DNA of 64,000 bases, from the NCBI GenBank assembly GCA_964616855.1, contig CAZTUJ010000001.1:67872-131871 (forward strand), read 5' to 3'. The notes under the pieces are model-generated. The model did not search any database. It was not told the DNA's origin and saw only the letters and a program-made list of their open reading frames with translations. The position numbers were made by a program, and so were the translations under genes. This document shows, piece after piece, positions 1 through 8,909 of the stretch (position 1 is its first letter; every line of letters begins with the position of its first letter). This stretch comes from an uncultured Gammaproteobacteria bacterium. Its GTDB lineage: Bacteria; Patescibacteriota; Patescibacteriia; Patescibacteriales; UBA12465.

Positions 1-967
1 AAATGGATAAATCTCCATTTCTGGCAGCGGTGCAGCCTTCTTGGTAGGGATTTTCTGCTTGGTCGTCTGGGGTCGACACTTCGGCATCAGAGAAGTTGGT
101 TGTCTCCAGCATTTTTAGAGAGATTGATTTTAGATTATTTAGACCTGGATTAATTTGGTCAAGGATAAGATAGGTGCCCATGAGGATGATGAGTCCGGTC
201 ACGCTGCCTAAAATTAAATCTTTAGCTTGACTGATCTTCGAGGCGTCACCGGCAGAGACTAGCCAGAGTAGTCCTCCAGCCATTAAGACAATAGCTGCTA
301 GGATGCCGCCGACCCCTAAACCATATTTATAGACTCCTTGAATATATTGAGCAATCCAAGGAATTTCACAAGTGCCAGAGTGGTCTTCTTGGTTAGTACA
401 GTAGGCGTCAGTGAGCTCAACCGTATTAATGGGAACAGACATGATGGGAATTTGGAATTTAGCTTTAGTTACCCCGGCGTTCTCTACTACTTTAGGACAG
501 CAGCATAAAGACCTTTCACTAGCAGATGTGTCCGGTGTTATTTCAGGATTACACTTAGCCCGGTCGGATGATTTTTCAGCTGAAGATAAACAACCGCCAA
601 TAGTTTGAGAAGTTCCTAGTTCGGGGTCCGAGATAGTGGACTCAATCTTCCAAGTACATTCATATTGTTTTTTATTTGTTTGACAGCTTCCGGAATAACC
701 TGAAACCGGTTTAGTGCTGTCACAGAAAGCTCCGGAGATTTGCAATTGCGGCTCTATTTGTCCGCAGTCGGTATTGGCATTACAGCCACCGCCTATTTTA
801 GGATAGCATTTTTTTTCCCCGAAAGTACTAAGGCTAACACACATGTTGTTAGCGTCGCAATTTTGAAAAGAAGTACAGCTTTCTCCTACTGCCTCCACCG
901 CTGTTACTGGCAATAATATCGCTTGGATAATAATTATTAAAGCCAGTGATAAATAGATTTTTTTCAT
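1..967 (-). CDS. Cys-rich exported protein with C-terminal T4SS-pilin-like (TrbC/VirB2-like) two-helix membrane hairpin; 3' end runs off the window
   Basis: This ORF is absent from the ORF track because no stop lies in the window. I translated the reverse complement by hand from ATG (967..965): MKKIYLSLALIIIIQAILLPVTAVEAVGESC... It stays open to position 1. The signal peptide is followed by a Cys-rich region, then YGLGVGGILAAIVLMAGGLLWLVSAGDASKISQAKDLILGSVTGLIILMGTYLILDQINP. That segment is paralogous to the hairpin of ORF 1838..2803. The start ATG overlaps the porB stop as ATGA. Confidence 0.6.
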   Translation of the reverse strand, partial: MKKIYLSLALIIIIQAILLPVTAVEAVGESCTSFQNCDANNMCVSLSTFGEKKCYPKIGGGCNANTDCGQIEPQLQISGAFCDSTKPVSGYSGSCQTNKKQYECTWKIESTISDPELGTSQTIGGCLSSAEKSSDRAKCNPEITPDTSASERSLCCCPKVVENAGVTKAKFQIPIMSVPINTVELTDAYCTNQEDHSGTCEIPWIAQYIQGVYKYGLGVGGILAAIVLMAGGLLWLVSAGDASKISQAKDLILGSVTGLIILMGTYLILDQINPGLNNLKSISLKMLETTNFSDAEVSTPDDQAENPYQEGCTAARNGDLSI

Positions 968-1848
968 ATTTTATATATTTGCCGGTTATTATCGGCAATT
1001 TTTTGAATATGCTTAATATCTTCTGTTTTTAAGTGACGGAAACGCCCCTGCATTTTTAGATAATCATCAACTGGTTTTGCCTGAAAATTTTGATTGATGC
1101 TGGAATTACTCAGTTTGCCGTTATTATATTCCAATAAAGGATATAGTTCGGTTTGGACGGCTAAGCGGGCGACGGCAATAGCTTCATCGGTTTTAATTTT
1201 CCAGCCGGGCACGCAAGGGGCGAGAATTTGTAAATAGGTTGGTCCTGGCGTTGCTAAAGCTTTTTTTACTTTATTTGTAATATCATCAGGGAAGGCGGCA
1301 GTGCTTTGGGCAATGTAATTTAGGCCGTGGGCAAGAGCGATACCAATCATATCTTTTTTTACTTGTTGGGCACCAATACTTTCTTTGCCGATGGGGGTAG
1401 TGACAGTATTAGCTCCCCAGGGAGTGGAACCAGAGGCCTGGACGCCGGTATTGGAATAAGACTCCGTGTCGTAGCAGATGTATAATATTTCTTCGCCTCT
1501 TTCCCAGAGACCGCTGATTAAGCCGATGCCAATATCATAAGTGCCCCCGTCTCCCGCCTGAATTACTACTTTAGTATTTTTCTTTTTTTTACGTAAAGAA
1601 GCTTTCACGCCGCTAGCGATAGCCGCTGAATTTTCGAATAAGGAATGAATCCAAGGTAATTGCCAGGCGCTTTGGGGGTGGGCGGTAGTAGTAACCTCTA
1701 AACAGCCGGTGGCATTTACTAAAATTGTATCCGCACTTAAAGCCCGCATTACTGCTTGTACTGCACTCAATTGACCACAACCGGCACAGGCATTATGGCC
1801 GGGAGTGAGTTTTTTATCTTGATAATTTTTCATGATTTTATTTTTCAT
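964..1848 (-). CDS. porB: pyruvate/2-oxoacid:ferredoxin oxidoreductase beta (TPP-binding) subunit
   Basis: Motifs GHNACAGCG and QAGDGGTYDIG (TPP-binding type), in por operon context. The track start at 1932 would overlap the upstream gene by 95 nt. Internal ATGs at 1848 or 1833 are more plausible, so the start is uncertain. Confidence 0.85.
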   Translation of the reverse strand: MKNKIMKNYQDKKLTPGHNACAGCGQLSAVQAVMRALSADTILVNATGCLEVTTTAHPQSAWQLPWIHSLFENSAAIASGVKASLRKKKKNTKVVIQAGDGGTYDIGIGLISGLWERGEEILYICYDTESYSNTGVQASGSTPWGANTVTTPIGKESIGAQQVKKDMIGIALAHGLNYIAQSTAAFPDDITNKVKKALATPGPTYLQILAPCVPGWKIKTDEAIAVARLAVQTELYPLLEYNNGKLSNSSINQNFQAKPVDDYLKMQGRFRHLKTEDIKHIQKIADNNRQIYKI

Positions 1849-2803
1849 TGCAATAACTGTAGGCGCCACCGGCACAAGTGTAATTTTTACTGCCCCCAGG
1901 GTAATAATAATGAGAATATCCCACCCATCCATTAGTGCACCATTCTTGGCATTCTGACACGGTTACATCGTTTCTGCAGCTAGCGTAGACGCAGAGGCCT
2001 GCAACACAGCCTTGGCCACAAAGACAGCATATTTTTTCTCCATCACATTTATTATCGTGGCAATATCCGCTGTTTTCTGGACTTGTTGGCGTTGGTTTGC
2101 AAGTTGTTCCTTCTGGTTTGGACAAACATTGCTTATTAATTTCGTCTTCAACTTCATCGCTCTGTGCACAGCACCATTTCTGTGGAGTATTGCCGCTGCA
2201 CGTAATATCAGGTAATCTCCCCTTACATATAGAAATATCTAAATTAATTGAAGGCGGTAAGGTATCGGAACACGTTTGATACGCTCCTAGACATAGGAAT
2301 TTTATTCTAGCGTCTTCAGGTAAACTCCTTTCATCATCTATAATTCCGTCATTCCCGTCCATGATGAATGTGGGAACAATTCCTTTTATATTTCTAATTT
2401 TAAAATTAAGAAGATCGGGGTTTATCGTATTTAAAACTATCCATGCACCAAAAAGCAGAATCAGCCCACTAATACTTCCCATAATTAAACCTTTGGCCTG
2501 GCTTACTTTGTCGCTGCTACCAGCCGAGGTGAGCCAGATAACTCCACCAACCATTAAAACGATGGCCGCTAAGATGCCGCCGATACTGAGGCCATAGTTA
2601 TAAAAAGCCTGAACCATCTTAGCAATATAACTAGTATCATCTTTTTCCATGACAATATTACTTTCAAATCCCGGCAAGCCCACTTGGGGTCTAAAGGTTA
2701 AAGGATCTTCAACAGCAGCAATTACCGGAAAGATGCTTAAAAAAAGCAGACCGGTAATGGCGAAAAATAGGATTAGTTTAATTTTTTTTTGCCGCTTAGA
2801 CAT
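1838..2803 (-). CDS. T4SS-pilin-like (TrbC/VirB2-like) membrane protein with Cys-rich C-terminal ectodomain
   Basis: N-terminal signal/TM (LILFFAITGLLFLSIFPVIAA). Two-helix hairpin YGLSIGGILAAIVLMVGGVIWLTSAGSSDKVSQAKGLIMGSISGLILLFGAWIVLNTINP. The C-terminal roughly 170 aa contain many Cys (CCAQ, CCLCGQGC and others). Confidence 0.6.
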   Translation of the reverse strand: MSKRQKKIKLILFFAITGLLFLSIFPVIAAVEDPLTFRPQVGLPGFESNIVMEKDDTSYIAKMVQAFYNYGLSIGGILAAIVLMVGGVIWLTSAGSSDKVSQAKGLIMGSISGLILLFGAWIVLNTINPDLLNFKIRNIKGIVPTFIMDGNDGIIDDERSLPEDARIKFLCLGAYQTCSDTLPPSINLDISICKGRLPDITCSGNTPQKWCCAQSDEVEDEINKQCLSKPEGTTCKPTPTSPENSGYCHDNKCDGEKICCLCGQGCVAGLCVYASCRNDVTVSECQEWCTNGWVGYSHYYYPGGSKNYTCAGGAYSYCNEK

Positions 2804-2807
2804 ATAG

Positions 2808-3965
2808 TTACCAAAATTTAAGACCCTCCTGCTGAGAGGATTTAATTATACTATTAATTGTGTCAACACTGATGTCGCGGCCACCTAAGCCCACGATATG
2901 ATTACTGAAAATACCTTTAACTGCCGGGCAAGCAGCCACTACATCGGCGTATAAAGGCCCAGTAGCCCCGCTGGAAATTGCCTTTTCAATAATGGCGATT
3001 TGGTGGCTAAGACTGACAATTCTTTTAACATCTTCTGCGGGGAAGGGGCGGTAACTGCGAATTTTTAGCAAGGCCACCTTATTTTGTTTTTTTAAAGCTT
3101 CTTTAATGGTGCCGCTAACTGAACCCATGGCGATTAAGAGTATTTCCGCTTTTTTGGGTCCGCAATATTCTACTAAGCCATTATCAAAGAGCGGCTTCAC
3201 TGCTAGTGGAGATGGTAATATTTTTTTCCAGTTGAAATAAGTGCTAGTAATTTTAGCCATCGCCGCTTTTAGATCTTGGTCTAAGCGCGCTTTTTCTTGC
3301 CAATAGTATTCCGGGCCAAAAAAACCGCCAATGGTAATTGGATGTTTAGGATTGAGGTAAGCCCCGTTCTTCGGTTTATAGTTTGGTAGGTATTTTTTTA
3401 TCTGACTCTTACTGGGAATAATGACGTTTTCATGAGAATGAGTGAGAATAAAGCCGTCGACATTAATGGCTACGGGGATGTTTAAACTTTCCGCCAGTTT
3501 GTAGGCGATGACGTGAAGATCGACTGCTTCTTGATGATTCTCGGCAAAGAGCATCATCCAGCCGGCATCACGCATGGCCATAGCATCGCTATGATCATTC
3601 CAGATATTAATAGGAGCCCCCACGGCGCGATTAGCAACCGTGATTACTAAAGGTAGGCGTAAACCAGAGGCGTTATATAAAACTTCCACCATTAACAATA
3701 AGCCTTGTGAGCTGGTGGCGCTATATACACGGCTACCAGCCGCGCTCGCGCCTACTACAATAGAAGCGGCCGCAAACTCGCTTTCCGCTCTAAGATATTC
3801 ATAATTAGCTTTTCCGGAAGCTTTAAAGGCGGCTAAATCTTCGACAATATGAGTTTGAGGAGTAATGGGATAGGCAGAGACAACTTCTGGCTGGATGTTG
3901 GCCACAGTTAAAGAGATGGCTCTTGAGCCCTCTAGAAAGCTAGTTTTAGCGGCGACTTTTTTCAT
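2808..3965 (-). CDS. porA: pyruvate/2-oxoacid:ferredoxin oxidoreductase alpha subunit
   Basis: 385 aa with N-terminus EGSRAISLTVANIQPEVVSAYPITPQT and SSQGLLLM, typical of PorA/VorA. Flanked by the delta and beta subunits. Confidence 0.9.
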   Translation of the reverse strand: MKKVAAKTSFLEGSRAISLTVANIQPEVVSAYPITPQTHIVEDLAAFKASGKANYEYLRAESEFAAASIVVGASAAGSRVYSATSSQGLLLMVEVLYNASGLRLPLVITVANRAVGAPINIWNDHSDAMAMRDAGWMMLFAENHQEAVDLHVIAYKLAESLNIPVAINVDGFILTHSHENVIIPSKSQIKKYLPNYKPKNGAYLNPKHPITIGGFFGPEYYWQEKARLDQDLKAAMAKITSTYFNWKKILPSPLAVKPLFDNGLVEYCGPKKAEILLIAMGSVSGTIKEALKKQNKVALLKIRSYRPFPAEDVKRIVSLSHQIAIIEKAISSGATGPLYADVVAACPAVKGIFSNHIVGLGGRDISVDTINSIIKSSQQEGLKFW

Positions 3966-3966
3966 T

Positions 3967-4248
3967 TTAGTAATCTTTAGTCATAACAATAGCTTTCACC
4001 GGACATTCAGCGGCACAAATACCGCAGCCTTTGCAGTAGTCATAGTCAACTTCGGCCTTCATTTTACCGTTTTTGTCCATTTTCATGAGAATACAGGCAT
4101 CGGGGCAGAGTTTAGCACAGCGGGAACAGCCTACACAGGTGTTGGCGTCGATGTTTGGTTTTTGTGTTCGCCAAGTTCCAGTTTTATTGGCCACGGCGGC
4201 GCCAGCGCTGGTTGCCGGTGATAATGTTTTGTTATTTTTTTTGTCCAT
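3967..4248 (-). CDS. porD: pyruvate:ferredoxin oxidoreductase delta subunit (2x[4Fe-4S] ferredoxin)
   Basis: Two CxxCxxCxxxCP clusters: CVGCSRCAKLCP and CKGCGICAAECP. 93 aa, in operon context. Confidence 0.9.
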   Translation of the reverse strand: MDKKNNKTLSPATSAGAAVANKTGTWRTQKPNIDANTCVGCSRCAKLCPDACILMKMDKNGKMKAEVDYDYCKGCGICAAECPVKAIVMTKDY

Positions 4249-4798
4249 ATTGATAAGCTTCTTTAACAGCTGTTTGATTTTTATTAATTATGTCCGCGCC
4301 CTTGTCATGAAATTTATCAGCAACAGCGTTTAGTAGCGATTTTAGGGTTACAAATTTTGTAATCTGAACAAAGGTGCCTAAGATAACAGTATTAACAATA
4401 TTTCTGCCGAGTAAACGTAAGGCGATTTCAGTGGCAGGGCTGCTGGCAATTCTTTCAGTTTTTATTCTATTACCACTTAAGTGCTGTAATTCCTTGGGGC
4501 TTTTATGGCTGTTGATGATTAAATAGGTTTGAGGGCTAATCCCATTTAGAATTTCTTTATTCTCTAAGAGACTTTCGTCTTGAATAATTAAAACATCTGG
4601 TTGATAAATTTGTTCGCGAGTAATGATTGGCTCTTTAGAGATGCGGGCAAAGGCTTGAATCGGGGCGCCGCTTCTTTCTACACCAAAAGAAGGGAAGGCT
4701 TGAGCATATAAGCCATCTTTAAAAGCGGCCAGAGCAATTAATTCGGCTGCCGTTACCACCCCTTGGCCACCGCGGCCGTGGATTCTAATCTGAAGCAT
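4232..4798 (-). CDS. porG: pyruvate:ferredoxin oxidoreductase gamma subunit
   Basis: The N-terminus IRIHGRGGQGVVTAAELIA is the hallmark of the POR gamma family. 188 aa, overlapping the porD start. Confidence 0.9.
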   Translation of the reverse strand: MLQIRIHGRGGQGVVTAAELIALAAFKDGLYAQAFPSFGVERSGAPIQAFARISKEPIITREQIYQPDVLIIQDESLLENKEILNGISPQTYLIINSHKSPKELQHLSGNRIKTERIASSPATEIALRLLGRNIVNTVILGTFVQITKFVTLKSLLNAVADKFHDKGADIINKNQTAVKEAYQYGQKK

Positions 4799-4811
4799 AT
4801 GTTCGGTATGG

Positions 4812-5564
4812 TTATTGCGCTAAGAGTCCGTCAATCATGCTGGTAAAATTTTCTTCGGGATAAAAGCCGGTAATTTTATAGCGGTTAACGAACCAGCTAG
4901 GCGTTCCCGAGAGACCTAAAAGTTCGGCATCGGCAAAGTCATCATTTAAGCGATATAGATAGGTCTTATTATCTAAGCAATTATTGAATTTTTCGCTTTC
5001 TAATTTTATTTCGGTGGCCACTTCTTTTAACTTAGCGTTTAAAGCGGCACTTTGGAGAGCGCTGATTTCCGTTTGTCTTTCAAATAGTAGGTCATGCATT
5101 TCCCAGAATTTACCCTGCTCTCCAGCACAGTTGCCGGCAAGCGCGAGGTCTACGGAGTTATCATGTAAGGGGTAATCGCGGAAAGTAATGCGTATTTGGT
5201 CGCCATATTTTTTAGCTAAATTCCTTACCACTGGAGCGGCTTGTTGGCAGTAAGGACAGGCATAGTCAGAGAAGATTACAATTTTTACCTTGGCGTCTTG
5301 CGGACCAAGACTGTAATTTTCCCCTCGTCCATCAATGGCAGCGGTAATCTTTTTTATTTCTTCTTCTTGGGCGGCGATATTTCCGCTTTCCCTAATATTT
5401 TTAACTTGATTAACTATATAGCTGGCCGCAGTAACAGCGCCGGCGATTATTAGAAAGATAAAAATTATAAGCATTACGCCCCACCATTTTTTATACCAAG
5501 GGCGGAGCTTAACTTTATGTCTTTCTTTCATTTCTAAATATTGAATGCGATCATTAAGACTCAT
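4812..5564 (-). CDS. membrane-anchored DsbA-family thiol:disulfide oxidoreductase
   Basis: N-terminal TM (WWGVMLIIFIFLIIAGAVTAASYIV). Thioredoxin-fold active site CPYC in FSDYACPYCQQ. C-terminal GTPSWFVN, DsbA-like. Confidence 0.8.
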   Translation of the reverse strand: MSLNDRIQYLEMKERHKVKLRPWYKKWWGVMLIIFIFLIIAGAVTAASYIVNQVKNIRESGNIAAQEEEIKKITAAIDGRGENYSLGPQDAKVKIVIFSDYACPYCQQAAPVVRNLAKKYGDQIRITFRDYPLHDNSVDLALAGNCAGEQGKFWEMHDLLFERQTEISALQSAALNAKLKEVATEIKLESEKFNNCLDNKTYLYRLNDDFADAELLGLSGTPSWFVNRYKITGFYPEENFTSMIDGLLAQ

Positions 5565-5682
5565 ACGTTTAATTGAAAAAACCTAAGTTTTTCTTTATAC
5601 TTAATAAGTATTTATTTTGATTTTATTATATCACAAGTGCTATTTTGTGGCTATTTGACTAAGTGCTTTAAAACCTATCTTT

Positions 5683-6444
5683 ATGAAAATAATTTCTTGG
5701 AATATTAACGGTATTCGTGCCGCCCTTAATAAGGGTCTATTGAAATTTGTTGAACAGGAAAAACCTGATATTCTTTGTTTTCAGGAGATAAAAATTGGCA
5801 CCGAGGCCTTAGCTAAGATTGAGATTAACTTTCCTGGTTATCAGATTTTTTGGAACAGCGCTCGGCGTCCAGGGTACAGCGGTACGGCGACCTTACTCAA
5901 AGAAGGTTTGTTGGGGGTTGAGATTACTAATGGTTTAGGCAAGGTGGAATATGATGATGAGGGTCGGTTGCAAGTAATTAAGACTAAAGATTTTTATTTG
6001 CTGAACATTTATTTTCCTAACGCCAACCCTGAATTGGGAAGATTAGCCTATAAATCTGCTTTCAATCAGGAATTACTAGGGTTTATTCAGAAATTAGAGC
6101 AAGATAAGCCCGTGATTATTACTGGCGACTTTAATGTTGCTCATCAAGAAATTGATTTAGCTCGACCCAAGGAAAATGTGGGTTCGGCTGGCTTTACCGC
6201 CGAAGAGCGGACCTGGTTTGAGTCTTTGTTGGCTGGCGGTTATATTGATACTTTTCGTCTTTTTAATCCGGAAAAAGTGCAGTATTCTTGGTGGAGTTTT
6301 CGGGCTGGCGCCAGAACTCGGAACGTGGGCTGGCGGATTGACTATTTTGTGATTTCCGCTAAACTTAGAAAAAAGATAAAAAAAGCTTTTATTCTCGACC
6401 AAGTGCTTGGCTCCGATCATGCTCCCGTTGGCATTGAGATTTAA
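5683..6444 (+). CDS. xth: exodeoxyribonuclease III (AP endonuclease)
   Basis: MKIISWNINGIRA, QEIK, GDFNVAH and SDHAPV motifs; 253 aa. Confidence 0.92.
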   Translation: MKIISWNINGIRAALNKGLLKFVEQEKPDILCFQEIKIGTEALAKIEINFPGYQIFWNSARRPGYSGTATLLKEGLLGVEITNGLGKVEYDDEGRLQVIKTKDFYLLNIYFPNANPELGRLAYKSAFNQELLGFIQKLEQDKPVIITGDFNVAHQEIDLARPKENVGSAGFTAEERTWFESLLAGGYIDTFRLFNPEKVQYSWWSFRAGARTRNVGWRIDYFVISAKLRKKIKKAFILDQVLGSDHAPVGIEI

Positions 6445-6473
6445 AAGTATTTTAAGCCTGTAATTTATTTTAT

Positions 6474-8906
6474 ATGTACGACCATCGGGCAATTGAAAAA
6501 AAATGGCAAGAGCAATGGAGAACAAGCGATCTTTACCAGACGCGTGAGGATCATTCTCGGCCGAAATATTATGTCTTAGACATGTTTCCTTATCCTTCGG
6601 GCGAGGGTTTACATGTTGGGCATCCTAAGGGCTATATCGCCACCGATATTGTGGCGCGCATGCGTCTGTTGCAAGGCTATAGTGTTCTTCATCCCATGGG
6701 CTGGGATGCCTTTGGTTTGCCAGCGGAAAACTATGCTTTGAAAAATAAGGTTCATCCTCGAATTGCTACTCAGAAAAACATTGCTAACTTCAAACGACAG
6801 TTAGAACTGCTGGGTTTTTCTTATGATTGGAATCGAGAGGTAAATACAACCGATCCAGAATATTACCGCTGGACACAGTGGATTTTCCTACAGATGTGGC
6901 GCCAAGGTTTAGCCTATGAGTCGCACGCTCCTATTAATTGGTGTCCTTCTTGCCAGACCGGCTTAGCCAATGAAGATTTAGAGGACGGTCGTTGCGAGCG
7001 CTGTAATAGCTTGGTGGAGCAAAAGCCGATTCGTCAATGGGTTTTAAAAATCACTGCTTATGCCGAACGCTTGCTTCAAGATTTAGATAAGTTAACGCAG
7101 TGGGAAGAGCCGATTAAAGAAATGCAGCGCAATTGGATTGGTCGGAGTGAAGGAGCGGAAGTAAATTTTAAAATTGACGGGACAGAGGAGGAAATCGCTG
7201 TTTTTACTACCCGGGTCGATACTATTTTTGGCTGTACTTATTTAGTTTTAGCGCCGGAGCATCCCGCGGTCTTGCTTTGGCAAAATAAAATTGAGAATTG
7301 GCCGGAAGTCGAAGCCTATTTAGAGGCGACTAAGAATAAGACAGAATTACAAAGAACAGATTTAAACAAAGAAAAAAGTGGTGTAGTTTTAAGCGGGATT
7401 AAAGCGATTAATCCTTTTAATAAAGAAGCAGTGCCTGTGTGTGTGGCTGACTATGTTCTTCATGCCTATGGGACTGGGGCGGTGATGGCGGTACCGGCGC
7501 ACGACGAGAGAGATTGGGAATTCGCTCAGAAATATGCGCTTCCAATTCGGCCGGTCGTACAACCTTTGGCTGGAGACGCTGAGGACGCTTCTCGTGCCTA
7601 TACGGCCGATGGTTTATTAGATGCTTCGGGTGAATTTTCCGGCTTAGCCTCTGCTGAAGCTCGAGCCGCCATGTTTGCTTGGTTGGAAAAAAGCGGCCAT
7701 GGTCACAAGCAAGTGAATTATAAGATTAAAGATTGGGTTTATTCTCGTCAGCGCTATTGGGGCGAACCAATTCCTTTGATTCATTGTGAACATTGCGGGG
7801 TAGTGGCTGTTCCTGAAGAGCAACTACCAGTGAAATTACCGGCAGTAGATAGCTATGCACCCACGGGGACCGGTGAATCGCCTTTGGCCGCGATTACTGA
7901 TTGGGTTAATGTATCTTGCCCACAATGTGGTGGACCAGCTAAGCGAGAGACTAACACCATGCCGCAATGGGGTGGTTCTTGTTGGTATTATTTGCGCTAT
8001 TTGGATCCGAAAAATAATTCTGCGCTAGTTTCTCCAGAACAAGAAAAATATTGGTCTCCCGTTGATTTATATGTTGGCGGAGCGGAACACGCTACCCGGC
8101 ATTTAATTTACGCCCGTTTTTGGCATAAATTTTTATTTGATTTAGGTTTAGTTTCTCATGATGAACCTTTTACCCGTCTGCAACACGTTGGTTTGATTAT
8201 GGGCGAAGACGGACGTAAGATGAGCAAGCGTTGGGGTAATGTCATTAACCCGGACGAGATGGCTGATCGTTTTGGGGCGGACGCCTTGAGAGTTTATGAA
8301 ATGTTTATGGGTCCTTTTGATCAGGCTGCCGCCTGGAATACCAATGGCCTCTCTGGGGCTCGTAAGTTTTTAGATAAAGTGGAACAATTAGTTGCTCTTA
8401 ACCCTGAAGGGAAGGTGTTGGCCGATAAAAAATTATTATCTTTACTGCATAAAACCATCAAGAAGACCGGAGAAGATATTGAAAACTTTCATTTTAACAC
8501 CGTTGTCTCCGCTTTTATGATTTTAGCCAATGAGCTCACCGCCTATCAGCAAGCTCATCAGGCCTGGCCCTTTTCTCGCGAAGATTTTGCTTCTTTTTTG
8601 CAGATAATCGCCCCTTTTGTTCCGCATTTAAGCGAGGAATTATGGTCACGTCTTTCCTTTTCTGGGAGTATTTTCCTTTCTTCTTGGCCAAGCTTTAATC
8701 CTGATTTAATTAAAGATGAGGTTGTTTCTTACATTGTCCAAGTTAACGGTCGTTTGCGTGGACAGGTCGTTTTGCCGGCAGTTGCAACTGAAGGGGAGGT
8801 CTTGGCCGCCGTTCACGCTGAAGCGACTATTACTAAGTGGTTGGAGGGACAAGAGATTAAAAAAAGAATTTTTGTTCCCGGTAAACTGATTAATTTTGTC
8901 ATCTAA
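6474..8906 (+). CDS. leuS: leucine--tRNA ligase
   Basis: 810 aa with a HIGH-type motif (HVGHPKGY), KMSKRWGN (KMSKS) and a CP1 editing insertion. Confidence 0.95.
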   Translation: MYDHRAIEKKWQEQWRTSDLYQTREDHSRPKYYVLDMFPYPSGEGLHVGHPKGYIATDIVARMRLLQGYSVLHPMGWDAFGLPAENYALKNKVHPRIATQKNIANFKRQLELLGFSYDWNREVNTTDPEYYRWTQWIFLQMWRQGLAYESHAPINWCPSCQTGLANEDLEDGRCERCNSLVEQKPIRQWVLKITAYAERLLQDLDKLTQWEEPIKEMQRNWIGRSEGAEVNFKIDGTEEEIAVFTTRVDTIFGCTYLVLAPEHPAVLLWQNKIENWPEVEAYLEATKNKTELQRTDLNKEKSGVVLSGIKAINPFNKEAVPVCVADYVLHAYGTGAVMAVPAHDERDWEFAQKYALPIRPVVQPLAGDAEDASRAYTADGLLDASGEFSGLASAEARAAMFAWLEKSGHGHKQVNYKIKDWVYSRQRYWGEPIPLIHCEHCGVVAVPEEQLPVKLPAVDSYAPTGTGESPLAAITDWVNVSCPQCGGPAKRETNTMPQWGGSCWYYLRYLDPKNNSALVSPEQEKYWSPVDLYVGGAEHATRHLIYARFWHKFLFDLGLVSHDEPFTRLQHVGLIMGEDGRKMSKRWGNVINPDEMADRFGADALRVYEMFMGPFDQAAAWNTNGLSGARKFLDKVEQLVALNPEGKVLADKKLLSLLHKTIKKTGEDIENFHFNTVVSAFMILANELTAYQQAHQAWPFSREDFASFLQIIAPFVPHLSEELWSRLSFSGSIFLSSWPSFNPDLIKDEVVSYIVQVNGRLRGQVVLPAVATEGEVLAAVHAEATITKWLEGQEIKKRIFVPGKLINFVI

Positions 8907-8909
8907 TTT

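Noticed and set aside
411-608. Plus-strand 65-aa ORF at the left edge.
   Set aside because: It lies wholly inside the minus-strand pilin-like gene (967..<1). That gene has a signal peptide and a clear paralog at 1838..2803, so the plus-strand ORF is a shadow frame.
964-1932. The full-length 322-aa version of porB starting at 1932.
   Set aside because: It would overlap the upstream pilin-like gene by 95 nt. The extra N-terminus (MDGWDILIIITLGAVKITLVPVAPTVIA) is the alternate-frame reading of that gene's 3' end. Starts at 1848 or 1833 give a typical PorB N-terminus just before GHNACAGCG.
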